Positions 47,966 through 57,890 of a stretch of 64,000 bases of DNA are shown piece by piece. The stretch lies in contig CAJTLR010000004.1 in NCBI GenBank assembly GCA_910577185.1, positions 21,399-85,398 of the forward strand. Direction: 5' to 3'. Each line of letters starts with the position of its first letter. Position 1 is the stretch's first letter. Source of the DNA: an uncultured Acetatifactor sp. GTDB taxonomy: Bacteria > Bacillota > Clostridia > Lachnospirales > Lachnospiraceae. The notes beneath the pieces are model-generated. The model saw nothing but the letters and a program-made list of their open reading frames with translations, was not told the origin of the DNA and did no database searches. Both the position numbers and the translations under genes were made by a program.

Positions 47966-48664
47966 ATGATGAAAATTTTATTGGTTGAGGATGATATGGA
48001 AATCAGCGCCATGTTAAAGCGCTTTTTGGAAACGGAAAATTACGAAGTCATTACCGCGGCGGACGGGGAAAGCGCCTGTGAGAAGTTCTATTCCCATGCG
48101 TTTGACCTGGTATTGCTGGATTTGATGCTGCCAAAAAGGAACGGCATGGAGGTTATGGGAAAGATCAGGGAATCCAGCACGGTTCCCATAATCATTATAT
48201 CGGCAAAAGATACGGATTCCGACAAAACCCTGGGCCTGGGACTGGGGGCAGATGATTATATTACAAAACCGTTCTCCGTTACGGAAGTACTGGCGCGCAT
48301 AAAGGCCAATATCAGAAGAACCACCCAGTATGCGGCAGGGACATCCGGGCAGCGGATTCTGACAAAAGGAAATCTGACAATGGATTTGAACGGTTACTGC
48401 GTGAAAAAAGATGGAAAAGAAATCGAACTTACGGCGAAGGAGTTTGAAATCCTGAAATTACTGCTGCTGAATCCCAAAAAAGTATATACAAAGGAACAAA
48501 TATATTCTCTTGTATGGAACGACGCATACCTGGGGGATGAAAATGCCGTGAACGTCCATATCAGCAGGCTGAGGACGAAAATAGAGGACAATCCCCGTGA
48601 TCCTGCATATATTATCACGGTCTGGGGGATTGGATATAAGGCAGGAGATTTTGAAAATGAGTGA
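47966..48664 (+). CDS. OmpR-family response regulator
   Basis: Receiver plus winged helix (ITVWGIGYK). Confidence 0.95.
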   Translation: MMKILLVEDDMEISAMLKRFLETENYEVITAADGESACEKFYSHAFDLVLLDLMLPKRNGMEVMGKIRESSTVPIIIISAKDTDSDKTLGLGLGADDYITKPFSVTEVLARIKANIRRTTQYAAGTSGQRILTKGNLTMDLNGYCVKKDGKEIELTAKEFEILKLLLLNPKKVYTKEQIYSLVWNDAYLGDENAVNVHISRLRTKIEDNPRDPAYIITVWGIGYKAGDFENE

Positions 48665-49598
48665 CCAGACAATTCTTTTTTTCCTTTTGGCGGTAATTGC
48701 CGCCTTGCTTCTTATCATTCTGTATCAACGGTTTGTATTCTCGAAGGGAATCCAGACAAAATTAAAGGAAATAAGCCGGAAGTTAGAAGAGATTCAAAAG
48801 TCGGGCAGTGATGAAAAAATAATGGTATTTACAGACAATCCTGTCCTGATGGAATTGGGGAGCCAGATCAACCGGCTGCTGCTTGACCGGCAAAAAATAA
48901 AGGCTGAATTTAAAAGGGGTGAAATTGCGTCCAAAAAGATGCTGGCGAACATATCCCATGATATAAAAACGCCCCTGACTGTGATACTGGGATATCTGGA
49001 GATCATGCGTCTTGCCCATGATGATGATGAAATGCTGAAGAAAGTGGAAGCAAAAGCAAAACAGGTGCTGGATCTGATGAACCAGTTCTTTACTCTGGCA
49101 AAGCTGGAGGCGGGCGACGCCAATATAAACATTTCCAGGATCAACATAAGCGAAATATGCAGGGAAAGCGTGCTGGGTTTCTATGAGATTTTAGTGCAGA
49201 AAGATTTTGAAGTGGAGATTTCCATACCCGACAGGGCGGTTTATGCCCGGGGCGAGAAAAACGCCCTGCAGAGGATCTTGTTTAATCTGCTTTCCAACGC
49301 AGTCAGATATGGCAGTGAAGGAAAGTATCTTGGGATATTTTTGCGGGAGGATCAAAATACCGTATTCATTGACATAACCGATAAGGGGAAAGGAATAGAA
49401 AAGGAATTTGCGGATCGTGTATTTGAACGGCTGTATACCATGGAGGATTCCAGAAACCGTGAAATACAGGGGAATGGCTTAGGGCTGACCATAGCGAAGA
49501 ATCTTGCCGTCCAGCTGGGCGGCGATCTTTATTTAGACAGCACACCGAATACCAGAACCACATTTACGGTCAGACTGAAGAAGAACATTTCAGACTGA
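48657..49598 (+). CDS. Sensor histidine kinase, single N-terminal TM
   Basis: ISHDIKTPL; NLLSNAVRY; GNGLGL. Confidence 0.94.
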   Translation: MSDQTILFFLLAVIAALLLIILYQRFVFSKGIQTKLKEISRKLEEIQKSGSDEKIMVFTDNPVLMELGSQINRLLLDRQKIKAEFKRGEIASKKMLANISHDIKTPLTVILGYLEIMRLAHDDDEMLKKVEAKAKQVLDLMNQFFTLAKLEAGDANINISRINISEICRESVLGFYEILVQKDFEVEISIPDRAVYARGEKNALQRILFNLLSNAVRYGSEGKYLGIFLREDQNTVFIDITDKGKGIEKEFADRVFERLYTMEDSRNREIQGNGLGLTIAKNLAVQLGGDLYLDSTPNTRTTFTVRLKKNISD

Positions 49599-49680
49599 AG
49601 AAGAACATTTCAGACTAAAAAAATTTTCAGACTGAAAAAGTACATTTAGCCTGAAAAAATGCCGGACTGAAAAATAAATT
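49571..49680 (+). repeat. Degenerating 20-bp tandem repeat spanning the kinase stop codon
   Basis: CAGACTGAAGAAGAACATTT x2 exact, then four decayed copies. Confidence 0.9.
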
Positions 49681-49711
49681 ACGGAAAAACAAGCTGCGGA
49701 GTATGTCGCGA

Positions 49712-49763
49712 AAGAAATTCGTAAGAATTGGTCAAGAGTTTTGAAAATCGATACCGTTATAAT
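49712..49763 (+). promoter_or_regulatory. Response-regulator direct repeats and -10 box for the ABC operon
   Basis: AAGA at 49712, 49723, 49734 (11-bp period); TATAAT 49758-63. Confidence 0.55.
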
Positions 49764-49788
49764 GGTATTCAGAAAGGAGGCAGTGAAT

Positions 49789-50712
49789 ATGTCTTATATT
49801 TTGCAGACAAATCATCTTACGAAAAGGATAGATGGCAAGGAACTGGTAAAGGATGTTAATATCCATGTAAAAAAAGGAGAGATCTATGGATTTCTGGGAC
49901 CCAACGGAGCAGGGAAAACCACGGTGATGAAAATGATCACAAATCTGTGGAAACCCACAGAGGGAACCGTAGAGCTCTTTGGGGAAGTTCTGCAAAACAC
50001 ATCTTATGATGTATTCAGACGCATGGGAAGTATTATCGAGTTTCCTACATTTTATGAACATATGAGCGGAAGGGACAATTTGCAGCTTCATTGTGAATAC
50101 ATGGGGTATTACAGCAAAGACAGTCTGGTGGAAGCACTGGATATGCTGGGGCTTTCAGAATCGGCAGACCAGCCGGTGAAAAAGTATTCGCTGGGAATGA
50201 AGCAGCGTCTGGGAATTGCCCGCGCCATTCTGTGCAGGCCGGAGCTGGTGTTGCTGGACGAACCCACAAACGGGTTAGACCCGGCGGGAATGAAGCAAAT
50301 CAGGGATTTGTTTCAGATGCTGTCAACAGAGTATGGCATGACATTTCTGATATCCAGCCATCTTCTGGCGGAAATGGAAAGCATTGCAGATACCATCGGC
50401 ATCATCAGCCATGGAAAGCTGACCAGGGAAATTTCCATGCAGGAAATCCTGGAAATGAATACGGCCTATATAGAGCTTACGGTGGGAAACACACAAAAAG
50501 CTGCCTATATACTCTCGGACAAATTGAATCTGCATAATTTTAAAATTATGGACGATTCCCAAATCCGGATTTATGAGCTCTCGGCGGCAACCCAGAAAAT
50601 TTCAAAGGAATTACTTTTGAACGGCGTGGAATTGATGTCTGTGACAAAACATACGGAATCGCTGGAGGACTATTTCCTGAAACTGACAGGGGAGGTGGGC
50701 AAATCATGTTAA
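49789..50712 (+). CDS. ABC ATP-binding protein, BcrA/LanF-like
   Basis: GPNGAGKTT; YSLGMKQR; LDEPTNGLD. Confidence 0.95.
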   Translation: MSYILQTNHLTKRIDGKELVKDVNIHVKKGEIYGFLGPNGAGKTTVMKMITNLWKPTEGTVELFGEVLQNTSYDVFRRMGSIIEFPTFYEHMSGRDNLQLHCEYMGYYSKDSLVEALDMLGLSESADQPVKKYSLGMKQRLGIARAILCRPELVLLDEPTNGLDPAGMKQIRDLFQMLSTEYGMTFLISSHLLAEMESIADTIGIISHGKLTREISMQEILEMNTAYIELTVGNTQKAAYILSDKLNLHNFKIMDDSQIRIYELSAATQKISKELLLNGVELMSVTKHTESLEDYFLKLTGEVGKSC

Positions 50713-51407
50713 AGCTTATCAGACTCGAATGGAAGAAAAACAATATCGGGAAGTATATCCGTACCGCGGTGATTCTGACAGCGCTCCTGTGTCTCTTTAC
50801 GTTTGCCCTGGCTTTCCTGGGAATTGCAAATGAACCGGATGGAACACTGGATGCCGCGCCGGGAATGGACACAGTCTCTTCTCTGGTTGAACTGTTTACA
50901 GGCATGGCATTTCTGATTTTTACAAGCGTCATGCTGGCATCCTTTATCGTGAGCGCATATAAAAATAAAACAATGAACCTGATGTTTACGTATCCGGTGA
51001 AACGGCAGAAAATACTGGCGTCCCAGATGATGGCGGTTTGGATTTTCAACTTTGCGGCACTGGTGCTGTCAAAGCTGGTAATTTATCTGTGTATATTCAC
51101 AGGCTCAGGGTATCTGCGGTCATCTTTTGCAATTGATTTTGATATGGGCAGTGTATCCTTTTATATCCGGCTGCTCCTGAAATCATTCGTCATTGTAAGC
51201 ATGAGCTTTATTGCGCTGTTTGCGGGAATGGCGCTGAAGTCCTCGAAAGCGGCCATTGTCACTTCGTTTTTACTGGTTTTTCTCACTCAGGCAAATGTGG
51301 GCGATTTTACAATGGCAGATAACGCAGTATTTCCGCTTATACTAACGGCCGTATCTTTCGGATTTGCCCTATTGTCAATACACAATGTGGAAAACAAAGA
51401 TTTATGA
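50706..51407 (+). CDS. ABC-2 type permease
   Basis: About six TM; LEWKK N-terminus; coupled to the ATPase. Confidence 0.9.
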   Translation: MLKLIRLEWKKNNIGKYIRTAVILTALLCLFTFALAFLGIANEPDGTLDAAPGMDTVSSLVELFTGMAFLIFTSVMLASFIVSAYKNKTMNLMFTYPVKRQKILASQMMAVWIFNFAALVLSKLVIYLCIFTGSGYLRSSFAIDFDMGSVSFYIRLLLKSFVIVSMSFIALFAGMALKSSKAAIVTSFLLVFLTQANVGDFTMADNAVFPLILTAVSFGFALLSIHNVENKDL

Positions 51408-51525
51408 TAACGGTTCGGAACAGAGCTTGATTTCGTTGACTTCACCGACTATAATGAAGAATATTTTACTCATTAGGTATGCCCGGTTACATGGCAGTAT
51501 GGGAAACTGGCAGGGAGGCGTGAAA

Positions 51526-52197
51526 ATGACGGAAATCTATTATATGGAAGATGATGAAAATATTGCAAAGACGGTAAAGGAATATCTGTGCGGTAAAGGG
51601 TATGCGGTTTCTGCATTCGGGACGCTGGAAAGCGGGAAGAAGGCATTGGAACACCATATTCCGGGCATTGTACTGATTGACTGGAATATGCCGGACGGCC
51701 AGGGAAACAGCTTCTGCAAATGGATACGTTCAAAATGGAATGAACTGCCGATTATTTTTCTGACTGTCCGGGATGATACCCATGATATTATTTCCGGTTT
51801 TTCTTACGGTGCGGATGATTATGTGACAAAGCCCTTTGAACTGGAGGTTCTGTATTCCCGCATCCGGGCATTGCTGCGCAGGGCAGGAAATGTGCAGGGC
51901 CGCTATATTTCCTGCGGTGCCATTTCAATGGACAAAGACAAAACGGCAGTATTCTGCGGGGAAGAAGAAATTACTGTGAGCCAGGCCGAATATCAGCTTT
52001 TGCAGCTGCTGATGGAAAATAAGGGGAAAACTGTCACAAGGGAAAGGCTGCTGACTCAGATCTGGGACAATAACGGGAATTATGTCAATGACAACACATT
52101 GACCGTGACAATGAAACGGCTCAGGGAAAAACTCCATCATCCATCTTGTTTAAAAACAATACGGAGCTTTGGTTATCGTATGGAGGATGAGACATGA
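51526..52197 (+). CDS. OmpR-family response regulator
   Basis: Receiver; TIRSFGYR. Confidence 0.93.
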   Translation: MTEIYYMEDDENIAKTVKEYLCGKGYAVSAFGTLESGKKALEHHIPGIVLIDWNMPDGQGNSFCKWIRSKWNELPIIFLTVRDDTHDIISGFSYGADDYVTKPFELEVLYSRIRALLRRAGNVQGRYISCGAISMDKDKTAVFCGEEEITVSQAEYQLLQLLMENKGKTVTRERLLTQIWDNNGNYVNDNTLTVTMKRLREKLHHPSCLKTIRSFGYRMEDET

Positions 52198-53402
52198 GTA
52201 AAAAATCAAATAATAAAACAACGGTTCTGTTTGTGCTGTCGGTGAGTCTGATGGTAGCTGCGATAACCGCATACATTCTTACTGTTTATTACAGTCATGT
52301 ATGTTTTCATATACTGGGAGGATTCTGCGAAAGCATGATCCAAAGATATCCGGATTCCAGACAGGATATTCTGGATTTATTGAAAACGCAGGATTTCCAT
52401 ATCACAGGGGAGCGTGCATTTTTGGGCATACCAGATTTGCCTGATCATTATGTAATATCAAATTTTGGCTATGATCCCTCCAATCTGGGAATTATGGACA
52501 CGACTGTCATCTGGATTGCCGCTTTAGGCTTTTTGGCAGGCAGCACGCTGTTTCTTTTTTCATTCCGGTATTTGCATAAAAGATCGTCTGCCCGTATCAG
52601 GATGCTGACAGACTATCTGGAAAAAATAAATACAGGCAGTCAGGGATTGCTGCTGGACTCTTGCGAAGACGAATTTTCCAGACTCCAGGACGAAATATAT
52701 AAAACGGTGACGACGCTTTCCCAGACAAGGGATGCGGCAGTTACGGCACGAAATAATTTTGCGGAAAACCTGTCCAATATCGCCCATCAGCTCAAGACAC
52801 CAATTACGTCGGTTTCCTTAACTGTCCAGATGGCAAGAGAACATCTGGGAGATGTCCGGGTGGCGGAAATAGAACGGCAGATCAACAGGCTCATGCATTT
52901 GGAAGAAGCACTGTTGCTATTGTCCCGCATTGATGCGGGCACGCTTACGCTTGAAAGGAAACCGACAGATGTTTTTACCATACTTTCCCTGGCAGCTGAC
53001 AATTTATATGAGTTGTTTACGCGGAAGGGCGTTCAAATGGATGTTCCGGAGATGGGCGAAACAGATATTTTGGTAGACATGGAATGGACAATGGAAGCGC
53101 TCATGAATTTGATGAAAAACTGTATGGAAGCGTCGGAACCAGGTACTACAGTTCACTGTTCCTATGAAAAAAATCCTCTCTATGTACAGATACGGATATG
53201 GGATGAGGGAGAGGGGTTCGCAAAGGCGGACCTGCCTCATCTGTTTGAGCGATTCTACCGTGGGGAAAAAGCAAACGATACCGGAATTGGAATAGGCCTT
53301 TCCCTTTCCAGGGCAATCATGGAAATGCAGAACGGAATTATCCGTGCGTTCAATCTTTATGGTGGCGGGGCTTGTTTTGAGATTCGTTTCTACAGTCACT
53401 GA
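52194..53402 (+). CDS. Sensor histidine kinase
   Basis: Two TM; IAHQLKTP; GIGIGL. Confidence 0.93.
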   Translation: MSKKSNNKTTVLFVLSVSLMVAAITAYILTVYYSHVCFHILGGFCESMIQRYPDSRQDILDLLKTQDFHITGERAFLGIPDLPDHYVISNFGYDPSNLGIMDTTVIWIAALGFLAGSTLFLFSFRYLHKRSSARIRMLTDYLEKINTGSQGLLLDSCEDEFSRLQDEIYKTVTTLSQTRDAAVTARNNFAENLSNIAHQLKTPITSVSLTVQMAREHLGDVRVAEIERQINRLMHLEEALLLLSRIDAGTLTLERKPTDVFTILSLAADNLYELFTRKGVQMDVPEMGETDILVDMEWTMEALMNLMKNCMEASEPGTTVHCSYEKNPLYVQIRIWDEGEGFAKADLPHLFERFYRGEKANDTGIGIGLSLSRAIMEMQNGIIRAFNLYGGGACFEIRFYSH

Positions 53403-53426
53403 GATGTCACTTTCATTTGTTATAAT
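53395..53426 (+). promoter_or_regulatory. GTCAC direct repeat (11-bp period) plus TATAAT
   Basis: GTCACTGAGATGTCACT followed by TGT-TATAAT; OmpR-type site upstream of the ABC genes. Confidence 0.65.
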
Positions 53427-53540
53427 ACTGGATGACAGGGGGCCATACGCTGTCCTGGAAAATACTCTGATGAATTTCCGGGTCATAAAAAGAGATTGAT
53501 ATCAGGGTATGTAGAATAACAAACAGGAGGATTTGACAAC

Positions 53541-54248
53541 ATGGAAATACTCAGATGTGACAATATCAAAAAGGTATTCGGAAAAGGTGAGAATCAGGTT
53601 AATGCTTTAAACGGAATCAGCCTGTCCATTGAATCAGGGGAATTTGTGGCCATAATCGGGGCATCCGGCTCCGGAAAATCAACGCTTCTGCATATTCTGG
53701 GCAGTGTGGACAAGCCTACAGGCGGCACCGTGACAGTGGATGGCGTTGACCTCAGCAAACTGAACGCGGCGGATTCCGCAATTTTCAGAAGAAGGAAGGT
53801 TGGCCTGGTTTACCAGTTCTATAATCTGATTCCGACGCTGACTGTGGAAAAAAATATTCTTATGCCCCTGCTTCTTGACAAGAGAAAGCCGGATGCGGAT
53901 TTTTTTCAAATGATTGTAAAGACACTGGGAATAGCAGATAAACTGGAAAGTCTGCCCAGCCAGCTGTCCGGAGGACAACAGCAGCGGGTTGCAATCGCAA
54001 GGTCTCTGATTTACCGGCCGGCCATTCTTTTCGCTGACGAACCCACAGGAAATCTTGACCAGAAAAATTCAAAGGAAATCATTGATCTATTAAAGCTGTC
54101 AAACCGAAATTTCAAGCAGACAATACTGCTGATTACCCATGATGAAAAAATTGCACTGGAGGCCGGCCGCATTGTGACCATCGAAGACGGAAAGATTATC
54201 AGCGACAATCTTACGGATACTGCCAGTCGCCAGGAAGAATGGAGGTGA
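53541..54248 (+). CDS. ABC ATP-binding protein, LolD/MacB-like
   Basis: [26 protein letters not shown]. Confidence 0.95.
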   Translation: MEILRCDNIKKVFGKGENQVNALNGISLSIESGEFVAIIGASGSGKSTLLHILGSVDKPTGGTVTVDGVDLSKLNAADSAIFRRRKVGLVYQFYNLIPTLTVEKNILMPLLLDKRKPDADFFQMIVKTLGIADKLESLPSQLSGGQQQRVAIARSLIYRPAILFADEPTGNLDQKNSKEIIDLLKLSNRNFKQTILLITHDEKIALEAGRIVTIEDGKIISDNLTDTASRQEEWR

Positions 54249-54253
54249 GCGGA

Positions 54254-56440
54254 ATGTGGAAGGATTACTCCAAAAGCTACATTAAAAATAACCCTGCATC
54301 CAGCATCTCCATTATGGCGGCAGCACTGGCGGCTACCATGTTTTTGTCCCTGCTGTGCAGCATAGCCTACAATTTCTGGGTATATGAAGTGGAGAGAATC
54401 ACTTTGGAGGAAGGCGGCTGGCAGGGCCGCATTGTGGGCCATGCACTGGATGCGGACGATTTATCCGCGGTGTGTCAATTTGCGAATGTGGAAAAAGCAG
54501 TCATCAACGAAGAATTGTCGGGACGGGATGAAACCGTGGTTGATATTTATTTTCATAACGCCCGGAACATTTATCGCGATATGCCGTTGATTTCCGAATT
54601 GCTGGGACTGGAAGAAAATGCCATACAGTACCATTCCCTGCTGTTATCCCGTTATTTCATACACGATCCGGAGGATGACACGCCGCCCATGCTTCTGGCG
54701 ATGTATCTGGCAATCGTGACGATTGTGGCAGTGTCATTAATCCTGATTATCCGGGGTTCCTTTGAACTGTCCATGAACGCCAGAATCCATCAGTTTGGTA
54801 TTTTTTCAAGCATTGGGGCCACGCCAAAGCAAATCAGAACCTGTCTGCTTCAGGAAGCGGCGGTCCTGAGCATAGTGCCCATGATAGTGGGCAGTTTATT
54901 GGGAATTTTGATCAGTTATGGAGTCATGGGGGCAGTGAATATTTTCGCCTCCGGTGTATCAAAACGTCATGAAGCCGTCTTTCATTATAGTCCGTCCATA
55001 TTTGGATCCACTATTCTGGTCTCGTTTTTGACGGTGTTTTTTTCGGCGTGGATACCTGCGGTGAAATTAAGCAGAATGACGCCGCTGGAGGCAATCCGGA
55101 ATACCGGCGGTTTATTATTGAAGAAAAGAAAACATTCCAGGATTTTGTCTTTACTGTTTGGCATAAAGGGCGAACTTGCAGGGAATGCCCTGAAAGCACG
55201 GAAAAAACACTTAAGGATCTCCTCATTATCCTTACTGCTGTCTTTTCTGGGATTTTCCATCATGCTTGTGTTTACCACGCTTTCCGATATCAGTACCAGG
55301 TACACTTATTTTGAGCGGTATCAGGATGCATGGGATATTATGATCACCTTAAAGGATACGGAAATATCAGATTTCGCCCTGACGGATGAGCTGCAGGATA
55401 TTTCCGGCATACGGGATGCCGCGGTATATCAGAAGGCGCAGGCGATGACATTCCTGCCGGAAGGACTGCAGAGCGACGAACTGATATCCCTTGGCGGACT
55501 TGGGCCGGTTGCGGGAACGCCGGAGGCAGATGGACAGTTTCAGGTACCTGTGCCGGTTGTTGTTCTGGATGACGCCAGCTTTTTAAATTTCTGTTCACAG
55601 ATTGGGATGACGCCGGGTCTTGACGGTGCAATTGTATTAAACCGGATTTGGGACAGTGTAAACAGCAATTTCCGATATAAAAAATATGTTCCTTTTGTGA
55701 GGGAGAATAACAGGACAACGATACTTTGTAAAAACGGCAAAAGTGTGGAAATTCCGGTTTTGGCTTATTCACAAGAAGCGCCTGCGCTGAGGGAAGAATA
55801 TAAAAATTATGCCCTGGTACATTTTATCCCGCTTTCCATGTGGAATAAAACGTTAGGAGAGGTCTGTGAAGCCGAATCCGACAGCTATATCCGTATCTTT
55901 TCCGACACAGACGCAAGCCTTGACGGCCTGGACAGCCTGGAGAAAGAAGCCCTGCGGCTTGTCAGGGAATATGAAACCGAAAGTGAAAACCGTGTCCGGG
56001 AAAGGCTTTCAAACGATAATTTAATATATGGAATGAAAGTGATTTTTGGGGCGTTCTGCGTATTGCTTGCCACGATCGGCATTGCCAATGTATTCTCGAA
56101 TACCTTAGGCTTCCTCCGGCAGAGGAAGCGGGAATTTGCCAGGTATATGTCTGTGGGACTGACCCCGGGGGAAATGAGGAAAATCTTCTGTCTGGAAGCG
56201 TTTGCGATAGCAGGGAAACCACTGTTGATTACCTTACCCCTCACCGTGCTGTTTGTACAGTTTGCTGTGAGCGCAAGTTATTTGGATCCGATAGTATTCT
56301 GGGCCGAAGCCCCGGTTCTGCCCGTTGTGATATTTGCGGCAGCCATTGTGCTGTTTGTGGCACTTGCTTATTATATTGGAGGAAAGCGTCTTTTGCAGTG
56401 CGACCTGAATGAAACACTGCGCAATGATACATTGGTTTAG
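54254..56440 (+). CDS. FtsX-like ABC permease
   Basis: Two FtsX-type halves (SIGATPKQI; SVGLTPGEM). Confidence 0.92.
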   Translation: MWKDYSKSYIKNNPASSISIMAAALAATMFLSLLCSIAYNFWVYEVERITLEEGGWQGRIVGHALDADDLSAVCQFANVEKAVINEELSGRDETVVDIYFHNARNIYRDMPLISELLGLEENAIQYHSLLLSRYFIHDPEDDTPPMLLAMYLAIVTIVAVSLILIIRGSFELSMNARIHQFGIFSSIGATPKQIRTCLLQEAAVLSIVPMIVGSLLGILISYGVMGAVNIFASGVSKRHEAVFHYSPSIFGSTILVSFLTVFFSAWIPAVKLSRMTPLEAIRNTGGLLLKKRKHSRILSLLFGIKGELAGNALKARKKHLRISSLSLLLSFLGFSIMLVFTTLSDISTRYTYFERYQDAWDIMITLKDTEISDFALTDELQDISGIRDAAVYQKAQAMTFLPEGLQSDELISLGGLGPVAGTPEADGQFQVPVPVVVLDDASFLNFCSQIGMTPGLDGAIVLNRIWDSVNSNFRYKKYVPFVRENNRTTILCKNGKSVEIPVLAYSQEAPALREEYKNYALVHFIPLSMWNKTLGEVCEAESDSYIRIFSDTDASLDGLDSLEKEALRLVREYETESENRVRERLSNDNLIYGMKVIFGAFCVLLATIGIANVFSNTLGFLRQRKREFARYMSVGLTPGEMRKIFCLEAFAIAGKPLLITLPLTVLFVQFAVSASYLDPIVFWAEAPVLPVVIFAAAIVLFVALAYYIGGKRLLQCDLNETLRNDTLV

Positions 56441-56544
56441 CATATCGGGATTTTTGACTCACGCAACCTGGCGCTTCTGAAAGCCCGGCTTTGCAAAGGG
56501 CAGCATTACCGCCGCCGGCATTGCATAAAAATCTTTGTTCCCCA

Positions 56545-56604
56545 TTGACTTTCCGGCTGGATTTGATTATAATAAAACACATGATTTAAAACAGATGATT
56601 TAAA
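56545..56604 (+). promoter_or_regulatory. Sigma-A promoter and probable TetR operator
   Basis: TTGACT-N17-TATAAT, then TAAAACA[C/G]ATGATT twice in tandem. Confidence 0.7.
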
Positions 56605-56619
56605 AAAGGAAATCAGGAT

Positions 56620-57201
56620 ATGCCTCCGAAAGCGAAATTTACAAAAGAAGAAATCATTGAAACGGCATTAAAGATTGTCAAAACCGATGGAATGGAAGCC
56701 TTAACTTCCAGGGAACTGGGAGCACGCCTGGGCAGCTCGGCAAGACCCGTTTTTACGGTATTCAAAAATATGGATGAAGTCTGGCAGGCTGTGATGGAAG
56801 CTGCCAAAACGCTGTATCGGGAATATGTTAAGAAAGGCTTAACGGCGGAACGCCCTTTTAAGGGCGTGGGAATGCAGTACATCCTCTTTTCCGTGGATGA
56901 GCCCAGACTTTTTCAGCTTCTGTTTATGACAGAACAGCCGCAGATCCCTGATCTGTCGGGGGTACTCCCATTGATAGAGGAAAGCTATCAGGAAATCCTG
57001 CTGTCAATTCAGGACGATTACGGAATTAACAAAACTTTAGCCGAAAAGCTGTACCGTCACCTCTGGATCTATACACATGGCATTGCAACGCTTTGTGCAA
57101 CGCAAATGTGCCGTTTTACAGGCGCGGAAATCAGCTCAATGATTACAGAGGTATGCACCAGTCTTCTGAAAAGTATAAAGGAGTGCAAAAACGATGATTG
57201 A
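56620..57201 (+). CDS. TetR/AcrR-family regulator (WHG-like C-terminus)
   Basis: MPPKAKFTKEEII; HTH; LWIYTHGIA. Confidence 0.9.
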   Translation: MPPKAKFTKEEIIETALKIVKTDGMEALTSRELGARLGSSARPVFTVFKNMDEVWQAVMEAAKTLYREYVKKGLTAERPFKGVGMQYILFSVDEPRLFQLLFMTEQPQIPDLSGVLPLIEESYQEILLSIQDDYGINKTLAEKLYRHLWIYTHGIATLCATQMCRFTGAEISSMITEVCTSLLKSIKECKNDD

Positions 57202-57886
57202 ATTGAAAAATATCATAAAATCATACGGAAACGGAGAGAATCGGTTTCAAGTATTACAAGATATCAGCCTGAAGATAAAAGATGGGGATTTTATGGTGAT
57301 TCTCGGCGCATCAGGTTCGGGAAAGTCTACTTTACTGAATGTGATTTCGGGACTGGAACGACCTGACAGCGGTAAGGTTTTTTATGATGAGGCGGATATT
57401 ACAGCATTTTCCGACAATAAATTAACTGTTTTCCGAAAGGAAAATGTGGGCTTTATTTTTCAGCAGTACTATTTACTGCCGAATATGGATGTTGACAGAA
57501 ATGTGAAAATGGGTGCGGATTTAGCGGACAACAAGGATTACAAGGCAGTTATCGAAGCAGTGGGACTGGGAGAAAAACTACATAAATATCCCGGTGAGCT
57601 TTCAGGAGGCGAACAGCAGAGGGTTTCCGTTGCAAGGGCATTGGCGAAAAAGCCAAAAGTACTGTTTCTGGATGAGCCCACAGGGGCACTGGATGAACAG
57701 ACCGGCAGACAAGTGCTGGATTATATCTGCAGGTTAAAAAGCAAGTATGGTTTCACAATAGTAATGGTAACACACAATTTAAATATTGCGGAAATGGCGA
57801 AAACAGTCATCAGAATGAACAGCGGAAAAATAGAAAGTATTTATCAGAACGAAGTCCGGAAGACTGCTTATGAGATTGGATGGTGA
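57194..57886 (+). CDS. ABC ATP-binding protein
   Basis: [17 protein letters not shown]. Confidence 0.95.
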   Translation: MIELKNIIKSYGNGENRFQVLQDISLKIKDGDFMVILGASGSGKSTLLNVISGLERPDSGKVFYDEADITAFSDNKLTVFRKENVGFIFQQYYLLPNMDVDRNVKMGADLADNKDYKAVIEAVGLGEKLHKYPGELSGGEQQRVSVARALAKKPKVLFLDEPTGALDEQTGRQVLDYICRLKSKYGFTIVMVTHNLNIAEMAKTVIRMNSGKIESIYQNEVRKTAYEIGW

Positions 57887-57890
57887 CTAT

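Noticed and set aside
49571..49680. Possible CRISPR array
   Set aside because: Units are contiguous with no unique spacers, and no cas genes are present
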